Source: Atractiella rhizophila
Lineage: Eukaryota
NCBI GenBank assembly: GCA_021432655.1
Contig: MU271547.1
Coordinates: 1-33,490 of the forward strand
DNA length: 33,490 nucleotides
Direction: 5' to 3'
The notes below the pieces were generated by a model that searched no databases, was not told the DNA's origin, and saw only the letters and a program-made list of their open reading frames with translations. This document shows positions 1-13,200 of this stretch, in pieces (position 1 is the stretch's first letter; the number at the start of each line of letters is the position of its first letter). The position numbers were made by a program, and so were the translations under genes.

Positions 1-146
1 GAAGATCCTCTGGATTCGAAACTGAGAGAATAGGAGAGGCTTTGTAGCCTCTTCTGAAGCGCGGTATGGTTAAAATCGCGAGGGATGAAGGAGGCGGAAA
101 CAGTGGAGGCCAGCGTTGTGGCCGCCGCCAAAATGGAGTACTTCAT
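1..146 (-). CDS. 5' end of a secreted protein gene (signal peptide plus pro-region), runs off the window
   Basis: Minus-strand ATG at 146 reads MKYSILAAATTLASTVSA-SFIPRDFNHTALQKR-LQSLSYSLSFESRGS, open to base 1. It has a hydrophobic signal peptide and a KR Kex2-like site, with TATAAAA ~95 bp upstream. Not in the ORF track. Confidence 0.7.
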   Translation of the reverse strand, partial: MKYSILAAATTLASTVSASFIPRDFNHTALQKRLQSLSYSLSFESRGS

Positions 147-238
147 GATTTTGAAAGCGAAAGACGAAAGGGTATCCTCTGCAGCTCAGGAACAATATTG
201 ACGGAGCTGGGCGAACTGCTGCCTCTATCATGCGCGGC

Positions 239-245
239 TTTTATA
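239..245 (-). promoter_or_regulatory. Putative TATA box of the secreted protein gene
   Basis: Plus-strand ttttata reads TATAAAA on the minus strand, ~95 bp upstream of the ATG at 146. Confidence 0.45.
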
Positions 246-1084
246 TCTTGACATGAGGCTTGCAAACAGCAACATCGATGGATCCGTCCTGCGAGAGCAT
301 GGTAATTGTGGTGTGTGACCAGATGGCAGCAGGTGGCCGTCCACCTTTGCGAGGGGCGACTTGATTTCCTCTTTGAAGCTAAGCTGCGTAAAGCTGAAAA
401 CGGACGCACAACGCCTTTGCGGACTCGGAATTGGCGTGTTCAGCCGTGACGAAGAGATAAATTTGAAGTGTTGACACACACGACGTGATAAGGAAGGCGG
501 GACAGGCGGGGTAGGCATTGAGAAGGCCATCAGGTAGGACCACGCTTGTTTCGCCATTCGTCATGATCCCAAATTGAGTACTTCAGCCTTGACCTTCCCG
601 ATAATGTTTCGCTTTTGACGCGTGGTGGAGCGTCACGCTCACGATCCGTCTCCCGGAGAGTGTGGCATTGTTGTTTGATCCTTTCCTCCCAGCTGGGATG
701 ATGAATGGCGGAAAGAGTGCAAAAGGTACTGCACAGTGCAGGAAATCTATATGCTCCGAGGAGAAGGTGGCTCTTGGCACGGAAGAAGAGGGAGTCGAGG
801 CGGATGCGGTCCGTCAGGCGTGTTTCTGTTTCCGGGGAAGACGGAATCAGGTGTTTCGATGAGGATCACGTGCACACTCATCAGCTGCATCATGGAAGTT
901 AAGCCATGGAGCGTCATGGCATGGAATAGGCTGGAATGTGGCATAGTCGAGACTCCGGAAAGAGCAAAAGGAGTATGCCAAAGACTCGAAAGGGTAGTAC
1001 TTGGGAAAACTAAGAAGTCATACCAAGTCAAAGTTGTGATCTTGAGCACTAACAACGACGACTCCCCCTTTTCGGCTGCAAAAT

Positions 1085-4000
1085 ATGTCTTCTCAGCCCT
1101 CCGCCGCAGAATTGTCCCATGGAGAAGAAGAAGAGTCTGAATTTGAAGCGTCTATGCGACGGCAAATGGCACAAGAGCTGGAGGATGATAAGAAACGATC
1201 GGCAGGTGGAAGGCGTCGAGGACGCGGACGCGGGAGAGGGCGGAGCAAGATTGCTGACGGAAGTGGCAAAGGAAAGAAGAATGGGAGGAAAAAAGATGAT
1301 AAACAGGTCGTTGGGGTTGATGATGAAGGGAAAGAGGTGCTTTATAGGTATAAATCCGGTATGCGCTTGCCTAATTACTCGAGGGAGGGGATATGTGTGT
1401 TTGGCCGTAATTCGTGTACAATGTGAACTGGACATGTTTCTAACTCTCCCATCTGTGTTTTGTGTGCTGGTTAGGCAAGAATCCAGCGCGTATGAGCTCG
1501 CGACGAGCTGAGCTAGAAATGAGGTACAATCCGCTCATCGAGTTGTTAGGTAGATGACCCCCAGCTCTACCTTCTTGGAACAATCGCCTCAAGTCTGTAT
1601 AACATAGATGTCAAACTCGAAATATTGGATTCTTCCGATTCTTCAGCCGACGAGTCAGATTACGTAGTCGAGTTTCGTTCCATCCCTCAAGACGCTGAGG
1701 ACACAGCCTACAGAGGCGACGGCGCATCACGTCCTCGCCATCGCACCAAAAAGACCCTCAGCACCTTACCCTTGAGGCCAGGGCAAGGCGGAGTGCGGGT
1801 TGAGAGCGGGAGAGGGAGGGAGGAGCAGAAGATTAAAATGGAGTTGGATACCGCTTCGGAGTCTGAAGGAGAACCAGAAGCGAGCGGGAGCGGAATTGCT
1901 GGCTTGATGACGAGCGTTAATACGACTTATGATACGGCGTCGGAGGCGTCAGATTCTGAAATCAAGGTGGATGCGGAGGTGAAGTTGCTCGACCTTGGAC
2001 CATCGTGTTTTGACACCGCGTCTGAGTCTGAAGGCGAAGAAGAGACTCAGAAATCATCACCTGCAAAAATCAAGGTCGAGACGCAGCGTACCCAGCAAGA
2101 GGGGAAGAATTCCACCGACGCTGCCTGGCCGTCTTTCCCTTCCCCTTCCAAAGTTGTGCTAAATCCAGCAGAGCAGGAGCCAGCTGTCAGTTTTTCTAGC
2201 TTCACCCACAATGGTTACTTATTGAATCGGATGATAGACCTTGTCCAAGGATAAAGGCAAAGCAAAAGCTGTCGACAATTTCATTCCCTACTCTCAAGTA
2301 GCGAGACCGCATTTCACCATCTCTTCCAGTGAAGTAGAAGCTACGGGCGACCTTTTATTGGATCTCTTCGACGACGTGAGAGTTCCGGCGAGCATCAATC
2401 GGTCAGGCCCATTTCTATTTCCTTCTCTTAAGGCACGCCTGATTTGATTTGGGGTTGGAAGGTTTTTAAGAGAGTATCAAAGAGACGGAGTACGCTTCTT
2501 CTATGAGAGATATAAAGATGGAAAAGGAGGGATCCTTGGAGATGACATGGGACTGTGAGTTGCTTGCTCTCTCCAGTCAAAGTACTGATGAACGGACCCC
2601 TCTGAAAGTGGCAAAACGATCCAAGTCATTGCGTTTCTAGCAGCGATCATGGGTCTGTCTGATGTTGCTGAAGAACAGGAAGTCTGATGATCCACCCTCG
2701 GCAACAGGTAAAACGGGTCATGCAGAACAGGATAGATCTCGATTACAGAGGATCAAGGAGTGGGAAAACGAAGGGGAACAAGGAGAAATGATGGCAACCA
2801 CCCTGGGGAAGACTGCTCTGATTCTTTGTCCAACTAGCGTGACATATCAATGGCTCGGCGAGCTTCGGACGGTTGGTCATCCCATCTCCATCGCTTTTCT
2901 CTTTCCTACTTTATGGTATACAGCAGCTAATGGAAGGACTGTTAGTGGGGATACTTTGATGCCATTGTTCTGCGCGATCACCAAACTGGAATGCAGGAAA
3001 TGAAGCAGTTTAGGAGGGGGAGGACCGAAATTGTTATTTGCGGAACGGATTATGCGCGCGCGCATATCGAGGAGTTGAGAGACGAGGACTGGAGCGCCAT
3101 TATCGTCGATGGTGCGTATTCGCTCCCTTCAAGTTTCTGAGCATATTGCTAATCAATGGAAACAGAGTGCCATCGAGGTTTGAAGACGCCAAGTAGCGCC
3201 ACAAGAAAGGCGTTCATGACTTTCACGTCCCCAGTTCGGTTTGGTCTCACTGTTTGTCTCCATTTTCACCGACAATCTGCTTATAAACGGTGGATAGGGA
3301 ACCGCGATCCAAAACCGATATAGCGAGCTGTGGGCAATTCTCGACTGGGCGAATCCAGGCTGTGTCGGAAACCTGAAGCTGTGGAAGACGTGGGTCTCAG
3401 ATCCTATTTCATCGGCTCAGCGTAAAGGAGCGACAACTATGGACCTGTCGACTGGTCGAGTAAACCTTTCACAATGTGGATCCGGCGTAATACTGATCTT
3501 ACGCGATAGGCTAGGGCTCATGGACTTGTAACGGGGTTGTTGCCGCATTTTTTCTTGAGGAGGACAAAAGCACTTATTGTCGACCAGGTTCGTTCTCGCT
3601 TCCCATCGCCATTAAGAGTTGAAGCTGGTGCAGTTACCAAAAAAGACAGATTTAGCTGTCTTCTGCCGTTTGACGCCTGAACAAGCCCATGTGAGGCTTT
3701 GACTGGAAAGGGAAGAATGCGCTCACACCGGGTCTTAGGCCTATGAAGAGCTGTCGAAGTTGCCTCGAGTCCAAGACATCATTCAGCACGCAGAACCATG
3801 TCCTTGTGGCGACCCGAAAAAGACCAGGGGCGAGCATTGCGGGAAGGGTTGGTCACAAGAAATTTTCAAATACTTGAACCTGTTCCAAAAGATTTCGAAT
3901 CATCTTATCTTAATTTATCCTGGTATGTGTGCCTCTTTCGTCATTACCTCGAATGCGCTGACATCTTGTTGTGTTCTATGGACAGATCGGGAAGTGCTTC

Positions 4001-6054
4001 GAAATGACCCCGATATGTATGCACAGACGGTTGAATGGGTTCAGACAGCCTTTCCAGATGACCACCAAGAACGTCGCTATATTTTGCGCAACCAAAATGA
4101 CCCTAAACTTTGCGGCAAGTGGCAGTTGCTCCAAGCCATGCTGAAGAAGTGGAAAGAAGCGGGAGATAAGGTCTGTCCCAAATCACTTTCTTGTTAAACA
4201 CTTCCCTCATTCTGTTCAGGTTCTCCTGTTTAGCCATTCCATCAAACTCCTGGATTGCATAGAAGGTTTCATAAACTTGGACGCGGAGTATAACTATCGC
4301 AGACTTGACGGCACTACAGCTCCTGACGAGCGTGAGTGCTCCCCTGGAAATCTGAGGAGATGCCTGATTGGCAGCTTGAGCTAGGGATGAACGTTGTCAA
4401 TGAATATAACAATGATCCTGACGTTTTCATTTTCTTGATCAGCACCAAGGCTGGTATGCTCTCACTTCCAATCGGTTTAAGGGACACTTACAGAAGGCTG
4501 AATAGGTGGCGTGGGCTTGAATCTGACCGGTTCGGAGTTTTCTGCGTGGGATATTTCACAGCTGAATTACTTGCAGCTGCAAACAGAGTCGTGATCTTCG
4601 GTAAATCTAGCCTTCATGGCTCAGTTAAGCTCACCACCTGCCCAGATCCTAATTGGAACCCCTCTCACGATCTACAAGCTCAAGTACAACCACTCTCGCA
4701 TTGTCATCTCGTTGCTTACCATTTTGGTAGGACCGAGCATTTCGAATCGGGCAACGACGAGATGTCAATGTTTACAGACTCATCGGCGCGGGATCGTGAG
4801 TGCTTCCCTCTCGACTGTAGAAAATTGTATTCATGCGATGTATAGGTTGGAAGAATTGATTTACACCCGCCAGATTTACAAACAACATGCAATGGAGGTC
4901 GGATACAAAGCTGCCTACACTAGAAGGTCACTCACCACGCCATTCTGCAAGATTGCTGACAGTGATGAAATGCATCAGGCTCTGGGACGGGAAACAAGAC
5001 GATAAATATCACAAAGGAGAGTTGTTCGGGGTTGAAAACCTGTTCAAATTCAACAAGGAAGTGCAGCTTGATAAAACCATGATTGAGGTTCGGCTCAGTC
5101 TGCTTTCGCTAGTCATAGAAAGCTGAGGTATGATCAAAACGAAAGGTCGGGGTGTCCGAAATGAAATGGGCAGCAAACAATATGGTTGGCCGAAAGAAAA
5201 AGAATCCCAGGGATGATAGTGATGATGAATCGGTATGCTCTTATTTTACATTTTCGTTGACATGCTCAGTGGTACCCAGAATGTGAAGGAGGTCGAAGAA
5301 GAGAAGGCACTGGGAGAGATGTTGGGCAACCTCATGTCAAGTCCGGATGAAGGTAAGAAGTTTGTTCTGTATCTGGATCCTGGTGTTGAGCTTTCATTCC
5401 AGATATTCAGAACTTGAAAGAGATGGAGACTAACGTTGATCCGATCGATGAGATCCTGGATGCTTACGGCACAGTTCGCATCACGAATGCGGTATGTCCC
5501 CCGTTAATGTTGCATGCACGTCTCTCATTGCACTCACCTCCTTGTTACAGGAATTACTGAAGGGTTCAATAGTAGAAGATCATATCGTCGAGAATGCACT
5601 TAGGAAGCACGCTACTGGGAAAGGCGGAGACTCTGAACCTGCCTACAAGTCCAAAAAGGTACGACGGTCGACTGGTCCAAAGAGGAAGGCGTCCGAACAT
5701 GAATCAGAAGACGAAACTCCTGCATGGCCACCCCGACGCAAAAAGCGAAAGATCGATCTTCAACAGCCAGCTGCGACCAGCACCGTTGAGACAGGCGAGA
5801 ACAAAGCGCATCTTAACAAAATGGCAGATGTGTTACAAGTGAGTTTGAAAGATCTTGAGATCCTTCGTGCCAAGGCAAACGTGCCTTCAAAGGAGGAAAT
5901 GGCAGTGGCATTCAATTCAAGTGAGTGGATTTACCATATTGAACCAGGTGCTGAGAAGCTTGCGCCGATAGTGTCCGATGAGGACAAAATCAACTTTTTA
6001 AACAAGTTCGGTCCACAGCTACTGGATACCTTTCAGTTACACATGGATCGGTGA
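1085..6054 (+). CDS. ERCC6L2: SNF2-family DNA helicase/ATPase, ERCC6L2 (Rad26-like) type; ~25 introns; 5' exons tentative
   Basis: Spliced translation gives VPASINRFLREYQRDGVRFFY, GGILGDDMGLGKTIQVIAFL (Walker A), IIVDECH (Walker B), [96 protein letters not shown] and KGELFGVENLF. The 1625 ORF has no in-frame ATG. Introns 1359-1474 and 1550-1607 join it in frame to the ATG at 1085. Stop at 6052-6054. Confidence 0.9.
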
Positions 6055-7648
6055 GGCAACTACTTATGTTTTTGCACCGAGCCGTTCGTGCCCTGTGCTA
6101 AATGTAGAGCAATTGTGGAAATATTTCTTGTGATTGAGCAGGACTGATCTGGCTTGTTACTTCATTATTCTCAATATGTAGGTTCAGTGTGTGTTGTATT
6201 GAATTAAATTGTCAAGTTTTTAAATCACTGAAAATTAGTCCAGCTTCTGCTGAATCCAGATATGAGTAAATGAAAAAACAACTTGAATAGAACCCTAGCA
6301 CAAGACGCGCTTACAAACAGCACTGGGCTGCAGCATCAATCGCTTCTCTCAACTTCATCAAACTTTTGACTAAAGACAGCTCTTGCAAGTTTTCAAGCGA
6401 AATCTACCTCAGCCTTAATGCTGTTGTCAAAAGTGATTTCACGTCATTGCTTTAGGAGGATAAATGATAAAGAAATGTCTTCCTGTGAGTCCAAGTGATG
6501 GGCTCAGCTGTGGGCGGGAACAGGCGGTGAGACGGACTCGTGCATAACAAGGCAATACGAGAAAGGGTCTAGACGTTGTTGCAATCACAGATCGTTCAAG
6601 TTGCGTTGATTGCTTGAATATGTGCCCCATATCCGATCAAACAAGTTGTACAAAAAAGGTGCCACTCTCTATAGCTGCTGATGTTTTCAAGATTGTTTAA
6701 GGAAATGTTTCATTGCCGCCGATGGCCCCAGTTTGCACGGTGCTTTCAGGCTGACGCTGAATTGTTATAACTTGAAGATCCAACACCAATCCAACACCAC
6801 TGTAATTGAGGAGGCCTTGAGGATGACCACAGATCTTCAATCATGTGCGCTTTCTCACTGTCTCCCCACCAAAGGAAACTGGTTCCTTTTCATCACCCAC
6901 AGCATATTTTCAGGTAATATTTAGCCGGGTAACAGTGTGCCGTGCCAGTGGTAACGAAGGGGGAAACTTTCTTATCATGTTCCCCAGTGTTCCTTTCCTT
7001 TTGCTTTCCTACAAGCACCACTCAAACATACTAACTGCGTCCTATTTATGTATAATAACCAAGTCCTTCGCGATTCCACGCATTTTTGCTCAACGCTCAT
7101 CAGAAGAACAGCTTTCTCGTTCAAGTTGTTTCTCCACTTTTGACTATCTTCAGGTTGCTGCCGATTTGTTTCCGCGCAAAGTTCAATCAATCTTCAGCTT
7201 TCCAGACCTGTCCGTGGGAAATTGACAACATCTGGGGTTCGGCCTTTTTCTTTTGCCAGTTCAGTTACATTTTCAACAAACGTTCCTGATGGTTGTGAAT
7301 GGTGAATGGAGGGACGGGTATTTGGCCGAAGAACCATAAAACCGCGACGGCCCTATCACTTATCCTCTCCATCCGTTTCAGTCCCTCTTCTTTCACCTGG
7401 TCATTTTCAGCACATATTTCTATCATTCCTGCTTTCGGGCATTGCCGGAAAAGAAGAAGCGTTGGTTCTCAACCCCAGGTCCCTTAACCGACGTCATTTA
7501 AGTTATATCGTGACGTCAACTGCCATAACGCTGGGATTATTATAAAGACTGCCTCTTCCTACCACCCAAAGTAATATTCTCCTCAGATCCTCCCTCAGAT
7601 CCATCATCACTAACCTTGCGTTCCAAGTTATCTATTATCACTGCAATT

Positions 7649-9025
7649 ATGGCTTCCAATGGTATCCACAACGATAAAATCGCAGTCCACTTTGGAGCTG
7701 GCAATATGTACGCCTTTTTCTCTCCTTCTTGTCTCATTATCCTATTTTCATTATTAAATGCAATAGTGGACGAGGTTTTATTGGCCCCCTCCTCTCTTCA
7801 TCAGGATACCATGTTACCTTCGTCGACGTTGCTGAACCCCTCATCGATGCGTTGAACGAGCAGGACTGGTATCGAGTCGAGCTGCTCGCGACCGCTCCCA
7901 TTGAGGACAAAGTGTTCGACTTCTCTGGATTGCTCACATCCGATCCCTCCGTCCTTGAAGAAATAGCGAAGGCGGACATTATCACGACGAGCGTTGGACC
8001 AGAAATTCTCTGCAAGGTGGCACCGACGATCGCGAATGGCTTGAAAAGGAGGTTTGAGAAGAAGGTAGAGAAAGAGGCCACGGTGATCGCCTGCGAGAAT
8101 ATGGTCTTCGGTACTCGTGAACTTGAAAAGCTGGTATTTGCTCACCTTGAAGAGGACAAGTTGAAGGAGTACGTGAAGAACAAGATCGGATTCGCCTCCT
8201 GTGAAGTGGATCGAATCGTGCCTCCTACTTCCTCTTCGAGGAAATCGAGCGACGAACATGTTGATGATAAGCTGGTCGTTGAAGTTGAGAAGTTTTATGA
8301 GTGGATCGTGGAGAAAAATAAAATCAAAGGCAGGGTGCATGTGGAGGGCATGAATGTTCAGGATGATATCGAACCGTATCTGGAGAGGAAGTTGTTCACA
8401 CTGAACTGTGGGCATGCCATTCTTGGTACGTCTCTTTCCTACATCACTTCAGTGTTAACAAGATATTTCTGCATCTCATCCTGCAATCTGTGTATGAAAT
8501 GAGTTCTGACCAAGATGTTCAATAGCCTATGTCGGCCATATCAAAGGCTATCACGATACCCAACACTCCATTTCAGATTCCTCAATCCGTTCTCTAGTCG
8601 AAGCAGCCATCACAGAGTCTGGCGAAGGCTTGAAAGCGAAACACAAGTTCTCAGCCGACGAACATGCTTCGTACATCCGTCTCACCCTCAAACGGTTCGC
8701 GAATCCCCACATCGACGACGACCTTTCTCGCGTCGGAAGGAAACCGATCCGAAAACTCAGCCCGAACGAGAGATTGGTTGGTGCTGCCAACATGTGCATC
8801 GAGCGAGGACTAGGAGTGGATCATCTTCTGAAGGGAATCGCGGCTGCCTACCTCTTCGATGTAGAGGGGGATGACGATGCCACGAAACTGTTGGAGATGG
8901 TTAAGAAAGATGGTATTGAAAGCGCTGTGGAGAATACGACCCAATGGAAGAAGGGGAGTAAGGAAAATAGGAAAGTATGCGAAGCTTACGAGGAGTGGAA
9001 AAAGGCAAAGAAGACAACGAATTAA
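7649..9025 (+). CDS. mtlD: Mannitol-1-phosphate 5-dehydrogenase (MtlD/MpdA long-chain family), 2 introns
   Basis: MASNGIHNDKIAVHFGAGNI|GRGFIG Rossmann motif, plus ITTSVGP, VIACEN, VDRIVP, VEKFYEWIVE, YLERKLFTLNCGHAILAY and RFANPHIDDDLSRVGRKPIRKLSPNERLV. Introns at about 7708-7766 and 8426-8525. Confidence 0.95.
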
Positions 9026-9350
9026 TAAAAAACAATAGACTTCAGGGGAGGCACTCTTTTTTAAGTCGTAAACAGCAGGTTTGATTCGTCTTTCAAGCGT
9101 GGTGTGATGAATATGTGACTCAAGAGTAAATAAATAAAGAGTTGTCTATAGTGTTAGTTGTGTTACTCAGTCAATAGCATGTGTTGTCTCATTGTACAGC
9201 CAGAGCAAGCACCCATTGTCAGGTCTGAGTCCTCCTAAACGCATTTTTGTGAACATTGACTTAGCATGTTCAGTGCCATGCAACATAAAACTAGGAAGAA
9301 GTGTGGAAGCGAAGCTTAAGTACAGTGCCTCTCTCATCTGTCCTGCTAAC

Positions 9351-9854
9351 TCACTCCTTCCCTTCCGCTGTCTCCAAAGATTTCTTCTTGTTGGCAATAG
9401 GAGCAGGATCGAACCAACTCATCATCTCCACCACAACCCATCCGAACTTGGCGTCCACCTTTCTCTCGATAACGATCGCGGACAACTCTTTGACTTTCAC
9501 CTCTTCCCTGCTCTCATCCGCCTTGAAAACTGTCGTACTCTCGCTCATGGAAAACACAGTTCTTCTCGCTTCTCCCTCTTCTACATCCCACGCTTTTTCG
9601 AGAGTGTGAAAGAATTTGCTCAACCTCGCAGCTCGTTGAGGAAACATGCCTTTTTCTGCCTTTTCTAGAAATGGAGTGGGAATGCGAGTGCCATTGAGGC
9701 TGAAGTATGTTGTAGGAGCGATGAGATCGTAGAGCTCTGGGGGAGGGGAAGACGCGAGACTGTCGAGTGCTGATATGAAGTGTGGGAGGAGTGCAAGACC
9801 AGGAGTGCAACTCGCTGGAATGGATTCGACAAGTCCTATATGCACGGAGGTCAT
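9351..9854 (-). CDS. Hypothetical 167-aa protein, probable SnoaL/NTF2-like fold
   Basis: Clean ORF with the pattern helix-'LYDLIAPTTYFSLNG' followed by alternating beta-strands ending in 'MSWFDPAPI'. A GTGAGT...TTAG intron (9908-9855) ends exactly at the ATG, consistent with a 5'UTR intron. The fold call is inference. Confidence 0.65.
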   Translation of the reverse strand: MTSVHIGLVESIPASCTPGLALLPHFISALDSLASSPPPELYDLIAPTTYFSLNGTRIPTPFLEKAEKGMFPQRAARLSKFFHTLEKAWDVEEGEARRTVFSMSESTTVFKADESREEVKVKELSAIVIERKVDAKFGWVVVEMMSWFDPAPIANKKKSLETAEGKE

Positions 9855-10268
9855 CTAACACACATCTTTCTCAGTTCACCGCACTTTGATGGTCGATTGG
9901 GACTCACATTTTCCTTTGCCTTCACAATTTAATTTCAAGTGCCTTCCACCTTTTTCGTCGTCGTCGAAAAGGATGAAGGCTGCAGGATCATTTGACTCAA
10001 AAGCAATTTGATGGAGTGGGGCAGATATTCAAGTTCATATTCCCTCCTCTCGCTGTGAATGCGAAGCTTCCCGCATCTCCTCCAGATGGGTGCGCCATCG
10101 CCGCCAGTTTTCCTACAAGTTATCAACTTGAACGGCGATTTCTAATCGGATGGCCAGATGGACAACGCTCACCTTTGCAAGATTGAGACCTTGAAGTTAC
10201 TTGCTTGCAGAACGTTCCGAACCTTATCGCGACTATGCTGACAGCCAGGAGAGGTCTGCAAGGACAGC

Positions 10269-13200
10269 ATGAAAACAGGCACTGGTGTGAAGCCGCAGAA
10301 GAGAGCTGCTGACCTTGCCATTCTCGCTGCAGAAGGCAGGGTTCCATTTGGAGCAAAGCGACCGCGAACTAAAGTTCGTCCCATTCGCCTCCAATGCCTG
10401 GTTGCTGATTTGTCGCAAGCGTCACGGCGCCTGCGTTCAATGTAAGTAATCTCTGCGAAATTCCAAAGAAATAGACTACAACCATTGTCGCATAGGTAGA
10501 AAGCAGAAAGCTCGATGTGAACCCAGCGCTACGATAAGCAAAGCCTGTCACCGCTGTTTCACACTCACTATCCCATGCTCATTACTCTCTCCATCGGACA
10601 TCCCATCCAACTCTGAGTCTCCATCAACAGCACCAGTCGCTACGTCTTCTGTGGAGAAGGAAGTTACTTTTACTGTAGGAGGTCGTCAAGCTCTAGTCGA
10701 CGCGTTGTGGACGGATTCTACATATCAACGCCTTCTTGTAACAGTCATTTATTCCATGGCATGTCTATTAATATAATCCATGTCTAGGACGAGGAATATG
10801 AAGGTGCTAAACCTGAACTGCGCGACTGGTCCGACTTCCCGTTCCACCTCAACCGCCTTTTGATCAGCGTCGAATGCCACAGCGAGAGCGATATTCAAGC
10901 AGCCCCCGGCGTGACCCCTCCTGTTACTGCTGAACGATGCGCGCAATGGGAAGAAATGTGTGTGTCAATGCTCTGTTGTTCCCTATTAAATAAAATTTAG
11001 GTATCAGCATATATACTCGCCGTGGGACCGTCCTTGCCCACTGCCAGGAGAACAAAGGTCACAGTTCCTCCAACATGTTAGGCTATTACTTGGATCCAAG
11101 CACTGTCCAAATCTTACCGTTGCCGAGGCGAACTTGCTCACTTCTTTGGTCAATCAAGGTACTTTTCAGGCAATCAGCGCAAACCCGTCTGCATTAAAAC
11201 TGGATGAGGTTCTGGATAACATCAAGGCAAGTGCATTGACGCTCTTGGCGTCATTCCTGATATTTGCAGCAAAGGCTCTCCTCCTGCTCTCCGAATGGGT
11301 GCCAGTCAATCCGGCCTCACCACCAGCAGGACTCAGTGAAGGCACTGTGTTTCGCAATGCAGCCGCGAATTTGTGCAAACAGGTTGGATTGGATCGCTTA
11401 GAGCTGCAACAGGGGATGGGCGAGGAAAAGACAGAGAAAGAAAGGGAAAAGATTATTTTGGTGTGTCAGCCTTCCTCTCCATGTCCGCTTGGAAGCCCGT
11501 TCAGGTTTGCCGATCTAGTGGTTGGACGTCTGTACTGCCCAAGCTCTTCAGAGCATCCTGCACGGACATTCCTGTGGAACACAGGATATCTTGAGACTAG
11601 AAGGTGTCCTGCCGACACTTTCTCTACCGCAAAACACCTTCCACATTCTCCGCAATAGATTGCTGTATTTGCGAATAACTTTGGAGTGTTTGGCAGCAAT
11701 CGACAAACAAGAAGTGGACCTCACAGTCGAGTCCATACAATGCATCAGCCGGGACATCACAAAATCAATTCTCGATCTGGAGATGCAGATGCGCTTCTTC
11801 AAACGACTAGCTTGTACGTCGTCTCAACATAATCACTCAACTAGTATCCAATTGTTCCTGTTCAGCGGTCGGTTCCGCGCATGAAAACATTCTGAGCGTG
11901 ACCTCACTGAATCAGATGGGATGTCTCTTTCTGCTCCTGGCAAAAGCGACCACTTCTTTCCGTCTCCTCCCCTCTCGCATACCCAGCAAATTAGAAGATA
12001 GGACGGAAGTAGAAAAGGAGGTGGCTGAGGTCTTGAACGAGAAAATTCAGGTCTTCGCCAGACAGTTCATGGACGTTGGAGAGAAACTCGCAGTTCTTGC
12101 TTTTGAAATATCAACGCCTTCTTGTAACAGTCATTTATTCCATGGCATGTCTATTAATATAATCCATGTCTAGGACGAGGAATATGAAGGTGCTAAACCT
12201 GAGCTGCGCGACTGGTCCGACTTCCCGTTCCACCTCAACCGCCTTTTGATCAGCGTCGAATGCCACAGCGAGAGCGATATTCAAGCAGTCCCCGGCGTGA
12301 CTCCTCCTGTTACTGCTGAACGATGTGCGCAATGGGAAGAAATGTGTGTGCCAATGCTCTGTTGTTCCTTATTAAATAAAATTTAGGTATCAGCATATAT
12401 ACTCGCCGTGGGACCGTCCTTGCCCACTGCCAGGAGAACAAAGGTCACAGTTCCTCCAAAATGTTAGGCTATTACTTGGATCCAAGCACTGTCCAAACCT
12501 TACCGTTGCCGAGGCGAACTTTCTCACTTCTTTGGTCAATCAAGGTACTTTTCAGGCAATCAGCGCAAACCCGTCTGCATTAAAACTAGATGAGGTTCTG
12601 GATAACATCAAGGCAAGTGCATTGACGCTCTTGGCGTCATTCCTGATATTTGCAGCAAAGGGTCTCCTCCTGCTCTCCGAATGGGTCCCAGCCAATCCGG
12701 CATTACCACCAGCGGGACTCAGTGATGGCACTGTGTTTCGCAATGCAGCCGCGAATTTGTGCAAACAGGTTGGATTGGATCGCTTAGAGCTGCAACAGGG
12801 GGTGAGCGAGGAAAATGCAGAGAAAGAAAGGGAAAAGATTATTTTGGTGTGTCAGCCTTCCTCTCCATGTCCGCTTGGAAGCCCGTTCAGGTTTGCCGAT
12901 CTAGTGGTTGGACGTGTGTACTGCCCAAGCTCTTCAGAGCATCCTGCACGGACATTCCTGTGGAACACAGGATATCTTGAGACTAGAAGGTGTCCTGCCG
13001 ACACTTTCTCTACCGCAAAACACCTTCCACATTCTCCGCAATAGATTGCTGTATTTGCGAATAACTTTGGAGTGTTTGGCAGCAGTCGACAAGCAAGAAG
13101 TCGACCTCACGGTCGAGTCTATACAATCCATCAGCCGGGACATCACAAAATCAATTCTCGATCTGGAGATGCAGATGCGCTTCTTCAAACGACTAGCTGG

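Noticed and set aside
1085..1557. Stand-alone ~119-aa basic protein gene ending at TGA 1555-1557
   Set aside because: The downstream helicase exon has no ATG of its own, and a 58-nt intron (1550-1607) joins the two in frame, so I treated it as the helicase N-terminus. Not proven.
6055..7648. Short ORFs in the 1.6-kb region upstream of mtlD
   Set aside because: No recognisable motifs or coherent exon chain. Treated as intergenic/promoter.
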